Shown here piece by piece: positions 23,331-33,660 of a stretch of DNA of 64,000 nucleotides. Source of the stretch: Vicugna vicugna (Eukaryota); the NCBI GenBank assembly GCA_013265495.1, contig MU057640.1, positions 372,001 to 436,000 on the forward strand. Reading direction: 5' to 3'. Within the stretch, counting starts at the first letter, position 1; every line of letters starts with the position of its first letter. The position numbers were made by a program, and so were the translations under genes. The notes beneath the pieces were generated by a model, which did no database searches, was not told the DNA's origin, and saw only the letters and a program-made list of their open reading frames with translations.

Positions 23331-25665
23331 CTTGCAAAATTAATGTAAAATTTAACATTCTCTCTAAACTTTCAGGGTTCTTGTCTCATTTAAACAGGTC
23401 TACTCTACATTCCCTTGCTTTTGAGCATTCTGACAAAAAATATGTGCCTTTTTGTGGGGTGAGATCAGTACTTTTTAAGTCCTATTTGAATAATTTGTCC
23501 TCATGGCAGATGGGTCAAACCATCTGCAAACTGACAGATGGAATTTGCCTTCCCGTAGAAAAAAATCTTGATCTATGACATAAAAACCAAAGTTAAAATA
23601 ATAATAACTCTTATATTTCTTATAGTTGATAAAAGGTGAATTCACAACAATTTTGTTTATTTAAAAGTCATAGTTGTACTGACAGAGTTAAAATGACGTT
23701 CCATTAGATATAAAAGGCAAGGCCATACTACTTAAAAAAAAATCCTGTCTTTAATTCATAAATTTTTCAATTCAATCATTATAAACTATAACTTTAATGT
23801 TTCAATTCTGGGTTAAAATTTCTCAAAGTGAAGACAGATCTGGTCCACCATATTCAAGTGTGCTGGATATTTAAGAATTATGCTGGTTTCTGCATCTTGG
23901 CTTTAACTTAATAAATGATTATACATACTTAGAATGTGTATTTTTCTTTAATGTGTAATATAAATTTGTTTCCCCTCTCCTACTGGAAGCCTTGTTCAGG
24001 GCAGGCACTACATTTCTTCCTTACTTATCAAGCTATGTATATTAAAACATACCGTTGCCTTCCACTCTGAATTGCTATGCTTTTGATATCTCAAAGAGGC
24101 CGTTGGGAGTTCTGACTGTTACTTCAAACTCATACTTCTTGGGTTGGAAAACAGTGCTTGCTTTTTAAAGTTGTCAAGGCCCATCCCAGGCAAAATACTA
24201 GCTTTTGAACCAATCCCTTGACAAATTAATAAGGAAGGGATTTTTCAAATTTTAATTTTAGAAAAGGTGATAACTTTTTCAAACTGCAAGATGCTGTGCG
24301 GAGAAGTTACAAAGCAACCTATAGGCAGAAAGAAAGGGTTAAAATTTCAAGTCTTTCAGACACACTGATTCAGTCTTGTTCTCTTTATCTGTAACTCTAA
24401 TAGTGTGTGGAGTTGAATTTTGAAAGTTCTGAATTAAAAAAAATTTATTTTATCCATTGCTTTGAGTGGAGTGCCAGGAAAGGGAGTGAGAAGGCACAGC
24501 TTTGAAGAACTGGCACTTTGGCATCTCCTCTCACCCCCTTTCCACCCCTCCCCCACTATTTTAGCTATTTGACCTGATTAAAAATTTGGGATGGTGGCCA
24601 GATTGCTGTATGCTAACGAGGCCCCTATTCATGATTTAGTGCGATTTCATCGACCCAGACCTTCCTGGCTGCCCAGTGGAAGCCTGGCTTCGCAGAAGTC
24701 TTCCAGTTTTGTCAGGGGTTCGCCAGTGAAGAGTTCGCACTGACTTGAAGCAGACACACTTTGTAAACGCCTCGGGTCACAGCGGATTGTTCATTAGCAA
24801 ATTCTTTTCACCTTCTATCTAATCAGTGAAAGGTGACGCCAGAATCGCGTGTGCTACTCCCCGAAAGAGACCCTGACAACAACCAGTCTAGATTCCACAA
24901 CTTCTGCCTAGTTACTCGCTTTCCTAGGAACAGAAAGCGTTTCCGAAGGTGCCCTTAAACCTCTCCTTCCCTAAGCCTAAAGGTCAGAACGCCAGGCCCC
25001 AATGAGCTCCCAAGCCGTCCGGCATCTGACCATTTCAGAAGTTTCTGGTGTGTGAGAACAGAAGAGGTGGTAGTGGGGGACCGCCAGAGTAACCACCGCG
25101 CATTACGTAACGAAAGCCCAGGCTGCAGAAAGGAGCGAGCCTGACATTGAGACATTCCAGGGGGAGGGGAGTTGCTGTCCTGCAGTCGTCAGGAACGGCG
25201 GCGACCGTTCCAAGAAACCAAGAGAGGAAGGTGGCCGAGATAAAGACAACACTTCGGGAAGGAGAATATTAAAAAGCCGCAGGACCCAAAGCATTAGCAA
25301 ACGTCAGGACACGTGTAGTACTTTGTTAGACGAAACGGCAGCCTTCCAACTTTTGCACGGGAACAAGGGGATTTGCCCTTCTGGAGATTAAAAACGTAAC
25401 AGCAAAGCCAAAAGCTAATGAATGGGATTCAGTGGTTTGTTGTAATACTTAAATATTTCTGTCCAGGAGCACAACTCTTTGCAGTTATTTAGAAAGTAGG
25501 GATTCAAACCAAACTAGAATACTCTTCCGTGCGTCTCCACTTTTCCCAATCCGAAAAGGAGCGGCTCGCGCGGTACTGCCCCTTTAAGACCTGCTTGCTC
25601 TCGGGCTCTACAAAAGGGAGTGACCTCTGGGCTTTGACAGCTCCCCTAATAACTACCACCGTGCA

Positions 25666-25806
25666 GGCCCCGCCCACCTGGCGACCAGCCGCGCCGATTG
25701 GCCGGCGGGCCGGTATCCCGTGCTCTGATTGGCTCGCCGCTTCCCCTGAGCGAACCTTTAGAACTCTGAGACAGACAATATTCTGTTACATTGTAGCAAA
25801 ATGGCG
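25666..25806 (+). promoter_or_regulatory. DPF3 core promoter: GC box, two reverse CCAAT boxes and a YY1 motif over the start codon
   Basis: GGCCCCGCCC at 25666-25675; ATTGG at 25697-25701 and 25728-25732 (31 bp apart); AAAATGGCG at 25798-25806. Confidence 0.7.
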
Positions 25807-25832
25807 ACTGTCATTCACAACCCCCTGAAAGC
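25801..25832 (+). CDS. DPF3: DPF3 (double PHD fingers 3, BAF45c) first coding exon; followed by a phase-2 intron that runs past the window end
   Basis: ATGGCGACTGTCATTCACAACCCCCTGAAAGC translates to MATVIHNPLKA, the DPF3 N-terminus. Good Kozak context (AAAATGG), canonical donor GTAAGT at 25833, located in a CpG island. Confidence 0.96.
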
Positions 25833-27375
25833 GTAAGTAAGACTAAAAAATGTACATATTCCGCGTGGTTTCAATATGAAAAAAAAGGCGCCTTCTGCGT
25901 GTCGAGCGCTGCCAATGCACTGCGCTTGCAGGCGCCTACAGCCGTGAAGGGGCTTCTCTCTTTTCTTTCAGCTCTTACTTCTTTTTTTTTACCCCAACGC
26001 GGAGAAATGTCAGGAGATGCAATTAACAAGAAGAAAATTATTACATTTATGTTCTTCTAAATTGGCGGACAGAGAGAGAGGGGTTATCGGCGGGGGAGCC
26101 AGGCGCTCAAGCGCTCTGCAGCTAGGGGATCGTGGGCAGCTCGGGGACAACACGGTCCCCCGAGTGCCCGGCCTCTCGGGGCGGTGAGCGCGGCGCGGGG
26201 GGCGGCCGACCTGGGGGCGAGCGCCGGGCAGGGGCTGCCTGGGTGCACTTGGCTGAGCCCCGCGCCTCCGGAGCCCGCGGCCCCTGCCGGGCTGCTAGGT
26301 CCACCGGGGCGTGCGGACCGCGGCAGCTCCGGAGTTTGCAGGGCGCTCTCTGCCTTCCGATCGCTTGCGGGGAGTTTGTGCAAACCTTCCGGAGTTAGGA
26401 GGACCGCAGGGGGAGCAGCGGGTCCCGGGAGCTCTGGGGCCCAGGTGGTTGCCTGGGGCTTTCCTGCCGGGGCAGCCCCCGGAGCGTGACGGCGCTTCTG
26501 GCGGTCGCCGGTGTGTCATCGGGTGTGTTTGTGGGGGAACTGGCTGTAGTAAATTAACGACTTGGGTTAACTTGGGGGTGATTTGGAGGCAGGAAAGCTG
26601 CAGGTCTTATGAATGGTTTTCTCGCCTCCTCTGGGTGAAAAGCCGAAGCAGGCGAGAGGCAGCTTGGGGCTCCCCGCCTGAGCGGGCAGCGTCTGCTCCC
26701 GGCCAGAGCGAGGGCAGGTGCCTCTGGCCGCCGCCGGGAGACTTTGAGCGGACGCCCAGATCCGGGACGGAGGGGGGCGGGCTGGGCGAGGATCCGCGGG
26801 GGCCAGTCCCCGGGTCCGACAGCCAATTCCTGCCCGCCTTCCTTCCCCCTCCTTTTTATCCTGGCTTCCTTCCTTCCTTCCTTCCTTCCTTCCAGTCGGT
26901 GGAACTGTTAAGCCGCCAAGTCCGCTCGCGATCGCGGAGCCGGGGATGGCTTCGGAAAACTAGCGTCGTTCTAAAAGGGATGCTATTGGCAATGATGTTG
27001 GCAGAGGGGCGCTTCCTCCGGATCGCGGCGCAACGTGGGTGGGGGTCTGCGCCCCTGGGATTCGGACTTCCCAGCTAGGCTGGAAGCCGCGGGCGAGGGG
27101 AGGGGGAGGTGCGGGTGGGGAGCGTTTCGTGCCTAATTCTCGCGGGTGCGTGGCGGTGCCCACCCAGGTTCTTTCATCTCAGCGCATCTGCGTCCGCACC
27201 CTGGGCTCTTTCTGGAGTTGGAGGCCAGGTTCGCACCGGGGGTGGTGGTGGGGGACGGTAGGGGGGTTCTTACGCGAAGGAACGCGCGGGGAGAATGGGA
27301 AGTCTTTGCATCAGCTTATCTCCTACAGGTAATAAGGGGAAAAGGGTAGTGATGTCCCAGATCTCGGAGTTTTAA

Positions 27376-27395
27376 GTGTGTGTGTGAGTGTGTGA

Positions 27396-27426
<31 letters not shown>

Positions 27427-27427
27427 T
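27376..27427. repeat. (TG)n microsatellite upstream of the alternative exon
   Basis: Directly visible, with two to three GA interruptions. Confidence 0.95.
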
Positions 27428-27549
27428 TGGCGCTGCTAAGAGGACATTGGAAGCTGAGGCTGATCGAGAGCAATTCTTGGCTTCATTTCTACTTCGGAAG
27501 CTCAGATACACTGCACTTGAACGCCACAGCGTTTCACCCGAGAAAGAAA

Positions 27550-27762
27550 ATGTTTTATGACAGTACAAATGGGCGTAACTTCGCGGCATCCTCGCTCGAA
27601 GTCGCTCGCGCTGCCACATCGCTGATGCTTTTTCTTTTCTTTTAAATTTTAACCGACCCACAGCTGATGTGCAGTTTTCACATTTCCAGCCGAAATCGCA
27701 TAGCCAGACTGATGCCACCCGGTAAACTCAAGTTAGAGAAATCTATTTCACATGTGCGCCAG
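27550..27762 (+). other. DPF3: Homologue of an alternative DPF3 first exon with a disrupted reading frame
   Basis: Translates MFYDSTNGRNFAASSLEVARAATSLMLFLFF*ILTDPQLMCSFHISSRNRIARLMPPGKLKLE, then NLFHMCAR in the shifted frame. This resembles the alternative N-terminus I recall for a human DPF3 isoform (MFYGRINGRNFAASSLPVAFAATPLMLFL...MPPGKLKLENLFHMCTR). Donor AG|GTTTGT at 27762/27763. Confidence 0.75.
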
Positions 27763-30700
27763 GTTTGTTTCCTATTGGAAAGGCGGTACCCTCGTTACCC
27801 TGGAGCCCGCTTATGCGCGGGCGGGCGCAATATCTCTACGTTCGTTTCTGAACGCTCCTGTTTTTTTGGGGTTTTTTTTTTGGACCGCAGAAGGATGCAT
27901 GTTTGGGGAGAGTTTGTCGGGTGGGGTTAGAAGTAGGGGAAAGGACAGAAAAGCGGGCTGGTTTTTGGAATTAGTTCTGAATTATTACACTTGTACTTTG
28001 TATAATTAGAAACAGTTACAATGTGATGTATTTGTGATTCTGAGTCGCCGCACACACGTACACACTAGCATAGACAGAACACCCCTGCCTGCTTTTTCTA
28101 GGTAGGAGTTGAGTGGTCGTTTATAATTAGCCGCTCCTTTTTACATCCCCACCCCTTTCCCTGAGGGTAAGGGGGTGTAAACAATACCCTCGACCAGCGG
28201 AGCCTCCTGCGCCCTGGACGTTTTTTAAACTACTAACGCAGAAGCACGCACGTTGTTACTGGGGGACCTACACACCATTTGCCTTTATTTATAAAAACAA
28301 CTTGTTTAATAGAATCTCTTATATATTTCATTTGTTTTTAAAAGTTGCTCATCAGGAAACAATACACACGTGAATAAATTATGCATGGGATAAATTAGAA
28401 CAAAGCGCAAAGACACATCAAGCTGAAGGGGTGGTTGGTGGTGCTGGGAGGAGGGGAGCAGGGTGAAAGGTTTGAAGAGCTATGTTTTTATCCTCATGTG
28501 CCCCTCCTGACAATGAAATGGAGCTGAATGACATTAGCATTTTCTCTGTGTGCATTCTGAGTCCCTTCCCTTAAAAAAAAAAGCCAACATCAAGGACGCC
28601 CCCTATAGAAACTGTTCACACAAAGGTTTCCTCTAGGATTAGGGGATAAAGTGGAGGCAGGTAATTAATGTCTGGGAAGAAACAAGCTCAGGTTTCTTCA
28701 TGCAACACCTCTCTAATGCTCTGCCCATGCTAAGTATGGACGATTTTTCATTATACTAGCTTTTGCCACGTGGGACATTCAATAATTCAGTAGTTCTATT
28801 AACTGGATGGCACAGTTTGAATCTCATTGCTTTGGGGTCTTCTTTAAGGTCCCAAGTTCCTGGAGCCACATCTCCTCTCTGAGCAGTTTAGCTTTCTTCC
28901 TGCCTGTCTTTGATCTCCCCTCAACTCCCTTTCTTATTCCTCCTCCTTGTACCCTTCACCCCCTTCCTCTCTGAAGCTGACAGCCTGGCTTCTGTCTGTT
29001 GTAGCCTTTAACATCTTATTACTGCCCAACAGGGTGTTAGAGGCAGAAACAGGAGCTGCCTGGACTGATCAGATCACAAAGGGGACTCGGCAGGTGGCCC
29101 CACAACCAAGCAGTCACATCTGGACAAATAGAATTTAAAAGCATCGATGGACATGTATGATGTGTAAATAGGTAGTACACATTATTTAATTTAGCAGCTA
29201 CATTGACTGAGCCTAGATGTGTGAGTCACTCGTGTTTCTTACATGTACAAGCAAGATAAGGGCCATGTATTAAAGTAAACACATGTAGGTAACATAAATA
29301 TGGAGTTGATAAAAGTCAGTGAGTAAGTCTGTCACATTACCTATTGTATTCTGGTTGATTTCTGCATACCCAGGAAACATAGTGCTTTTAATATGAATTC
29401 TAATCTTGCTTGATATTATACTTCAAGTTAGCCACTGTCCCCCAAATTTGCTGTCAACACTTGAAACAACTTACTCTTTTATTAAGTTATCAAAACCCTG
29501 GTTTGTATATACTTAACTGGGAATGTCTGCCACCTTCTGTCAGACTGGATTATGCACATATGTATCTATTATACTAACTGCCTGCTTAGAAAAGAATAAT
29601 TGTTATTATTATTTAATTATTCCATATGAACCAACAGGGATTTACCCCAAGTAACTATTTGTTTATAAAGAATGAGACCAGTAAACTATTTGGTCATGCT
29701 TGTAACATGTGAACATACAGATATATAATTGTATTGAAAACTTATTTTGTAAGGAGTTTCCCTTGCTTGGAGGTATGTATTTATTATCTCTGTTTTGTTG
29801 TTAACAACACAACTCTGGGAGAAGCTAATATGCTTACTCAGCCAAGGTCAAACACCCGCTCAGGTGTATAGATGGACTTAAAATCTTCATCTTTTTATAC
29901 ATTCTATGACCTGGAGATAGTGTATTCTAATCTAAAGTGGTTTTGTGCCTGTAAAATTTGTGTAATTGTGTTGCCACTTAGAAGCCAGACCTCACTCTTG
30001 CTGTGGCACGCAGTTTAGATACCAGAGAGGACAGTGTAGGGGGGACACATTCCTGGTTCTAATCTCCTCTTGGCTCTTTCTGTCGAGGTGGGGGGACGTG
30101 GGCAGGTACTAGGTGGGGAACACTGGGGTTGGGACTTCATGAACTTGCCGCCTTTTATGGGCATGACTTTAGCCCCTTATGAAAAAGGACCCTCAGACAT
30201 TTTAAGCCAACAGATGTCTAAGAACCACCTTCTCCATCTGCTTCTGGTTGTCACTGAAGGAAAAAAAAGGCTTAAAATCTCCAAACTTCATTAGCGCACA
30301 TTATTTTTCAGCCGGAAGAATGTCTGGTTTTGATGCGATACCCATAAAGGATATTAATTTCTGCCAGAACCCAAATGAAGGCATTGTCACAGGGTAAACC
30401 TCTGAAAATTGCTGGGCCTGCAGACCACCTGGGAGGCGTCCAGAGGTCGCCAGTTGAAAGGGAGCTGCTCATTTCCATAAAGTAGGCTGGAATTCAGAGG
30501 CAGCAATTTAATTGGAGACTTCTCATGCTCCTTTGTCTTTTTGGAATCATGCAGGTAGCTGGAATTTAGGTACATCTGAGAAAGACCATAATGTCTAAAG
30601 CTGTTTCAGAGCCATCTGCTCAGATCAATGCAAAAAGTAAAATGCCACGGTCAACATACTTGCTTTGAGCCTGCACCAAAAAAAGAAGGGAAACTGAGGC

Positions 30701-33019
30701 TGCTGCCGTGCTGTTGGTAGCGGTGCTGGGGGCTGGGTCATTTAAAAAAACCACCAGAATTGAGGCCTGTTTATTATCCCAACCTCTGCAAAGTAACTTT
30801 TGTGGTTTCTGAGTGTTCTGAAAATCACTGGAAGACAGAAAGCTAGCCCCAATGTGGCAAGCCCCTGGCCAAAGAAATGCCACAACCACTGAAGTAGTTT
30901 TTGCCCAGCTAGGGTTTTCCGGCAGGGGCCTATGTAAGCATGACCCTAGCTTTAAATAGTCTTTAAACATGTAGGCATTTCAAAAGGAAAGATAAAAGAG
31001 TGGTGTGGGGTGGGGGATGGGGAGGGGATAGGTGAGTGGATAGAAACCACTATGTGGCCTGGAACTCTGAAACGATGATTATTTAACAGCAAGAGAGATG
31101 GGTATTATGATCAATTGAAAGTTCCTAAGTTTTTTAGTTGTGTGAGCAACTGGGGACAGATGAAGTGTTGTGGTGTTTTTGTAATTTGTTTTTCTTAGTG
31201 GTCCGGTTACTAGTGTTTCACAGTCTGTCAAACCATATGGATGAATGGAGCTAGCATCGTAAAACTGTCACTGAAGGAAGGTTTTTGAAGCCTGTGATTT
31301 GCATCAGAGTTTTAAAAGCAGTGGTTAGGAGGTGTTGGGGGCAGGGATGGGAGTGGGAAAAGAGGAGTGGCCTGTGCTGAGAATTTCTAGGTTGTGTGTT
31401 TGTCAATAGTAGTAGCAGACAGGGGTGGCAAGGGAAGAGAGAACCCTGAGGTGGCTAAGATTTAGGGGGTTGTGTTTGGAGGCGGAGGGGGGCAAAAGGA
31501 TTAAGCTCAGGGCTCCTAATAATGGGGTTCAAATAGCCCACAGTGAGTCCTCCACCTCCGGGCCTCAGCGCTGAGCCCTGGGAACAATGATGGCACATGT
31601 CTAATCATCCCCTTTTTGCACCTTCTCCTCCCTCCCTGAATCCAGAGACTGTGGTCATCTCGGGTTGCTATGAAATGAGTGAGTTTTTTTCATTGCTATT
31701 CACTTTGAAAATCTGCTGTTTATATTAACTGCAATTGGAAGCACCACCAGAAAAGGTTTTTCAGTCCCCAGACTTTCACATGCCATGAATATGGCCCTGT
31801 CTTAAACTCTGTCCCTTTTCCACATTCATTTCTCACCCGTGGCTAGTCTTTTGTAGCAGTGATGACTTCAGAGTAATGGAGGAGAAAAACTCTGGGAGAG
31901 GATCCCAGAGCTTTGAGCTCTGTTGTCAGCCCTACTCCCCCCTAGCTATGTGGTCTTGGACACAGAACTTCTCTGAGCTGCATATTCCTTGTCTTTAAGA
32001 TGAGGGTGATACACCTTGATTGCCAAAATTCCTTTCTAGTAAAAAACTTCGTGGCTCTTACTATGGTCGATTTGGACAGGGAGGACAGGTAGGGGCCAGG
32101 GTTTGAATTCTTCCTCGTTTTTAAAGTGTGGCTTTAAAGGGGACTTGTTAAGACTGGGAAACTCTTTCGTAGTTTCATCTTTTCTGGTCCAGTCTTGCCA
32201 CATTATGTTATCCCTTGGGATTCTAACTGGGATCAGACTTCCTCTCCTTTCTCAGGGCCTAAGGCTGGGAACTAGTTGGTGGCTCATTTAGAACATAGGT
32301 TTTTCTTCTGATTCTCCCTTTTGAACATTTTTCTTCTCATCAACACTCCAACCAGAGGGTGGAGACAGGAAAGAGAAGTGGGAAGACTAATTGGCCTATC
32401 TTGCTGTTTATGAGCACTCAGATAAAGTTTTTAGTGGTGCAAATGACTGGAATTACTGAGAACATCTATCTTTCTTTGAATGTGTGGAGGGAGAAAGGCA
32501 AACAGCTGAAAGATTCTTCTCTGGATTTCATTTATCCACAGTCTCCTTGGAATTGTCCTCTCCTCCACCATGGCACTCATCCCAATTAACATGGAAATAA
32601 AGTGCTTACTTCAATTCCATTTGGGCAGCTGCAGATACCTGGCTGTTAAGCAGGTGGGCCTGTACTGATGTCTCACTGAGCTTCCTCTCTTGTATCCTAT
32701 GCCACTGCTGAGGAAACGGAGGTGTCCAGCAGACAGAGTCTGGCCAGACCAGAGGGGATATTAGCTGTGTCTAAATTGGAATTCACTGCCTCTCCTTCAG
32801 TGACATGCCTCCAGAATATCCCAGATTCCTCTGGGGCATTATTATCAGGCTTTCCTTTGGTTGAAAACTCCCCTGGCAATTTTCTACAGGCCTAAAGGTG
32901 GAAGAGGGGGTTGCAAAATCCATCAGAGACTTCACAGAAGCCTAAATTGTGAGAGGCAAAATGAAAGAAAAAACAAAATGGTCACTCTGACCTCCAGTAC
33001 GTAGAGGCAGCCCCTTCAA

Positions 33020-33660
33020 TTTTTTTTCCAATTGTAGTAAAATATACATAATACGTATATTTGGACATGTATAACATGTAAGTGTACCATTGTAACCACT
33101 TTTAAGTGTTCAGTTCATTGGCATTAAGTACCTTCATGGTGTTGTGCAACCATCCATACTGTTTCCAGAATTTTCTAATCATCCCAAACAGAGACTCTAT
33201 GACCATTAAAAAATAACTCCTCATCCTTCCTCTGTCCGTCTGGTAACCACCATTCTACATTCCGTCTGTATAAATTTGCCTATTCTGTGCATATCATGTA
33301 AGTGGAATCCTACAATATTTGTCCTTTTGTGACTGGTATATTTCACTTAGCATAATGTCCTTAAAATTCATCTGTGTTACAATATATGTCAGAATTTCCT
33401 TCCTTTTTATGGCTGAATAATAGTCCATTGTATGTATATGCCACATTTTGTTTATCCATTCATCCAATGGATAAACATGGATGGATTCCAATGGTGGACA
33501 TCTAGTGGATTCCAATGATGGACATCCAATAGATTCATCCAGTGATGGAAACAACTTGGGCTGTTTCCACTTTTTGGCTATCTTGAATAATGCTGCTATG
33601 AATGTAGGTGTATAAATAGCTGTTTGAGTCCCTGCTTCTAGTTCTTTTGGGTATATGCCT
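33020..33660 (-). mobile_element. L1MA/MB-type 3' end with an internal short tandem expansion
   Basis: ORF 33294-33695 resembles the L1 ORF2 C-terminus (TPTFIAALFKIAKKWKQPK...EWINKMWHIHTMDYYSAIKR). Confidence 0.85.

Larger units (their letters stand above)
24640..28260. promoter_or_regulatory. DPF3: CpG island and promoter region of DPF3 (densest about 25540-27300)
   Basis: Sharp rise in GC and CpG density against CpG-depleted flanks; surrounds exon 1. Confidence 0.9.

Noticed and set aside
24550..24570. Possible MEF2 site (CTATTTTAG) in the DPF3 promoter
   Set aside because: One base short of the CTA(A/T)4TAG consensus.
26139..26149. GCTCGGGGACA resembling the start of DPF3 exon 2 (LGD...)
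   Set aside because: It continues LGDNTV rather than LGDQFYKEA and lacks a pyrimidine tract; a chance match.
26311..27078. 255-aa ORF, the longest in the window
   Set aside because: It lies in the GC-rich CpG island where stop codons are rare, starts at GTG, includes a (CTTC)n repeat and resembles no protein I recognise.
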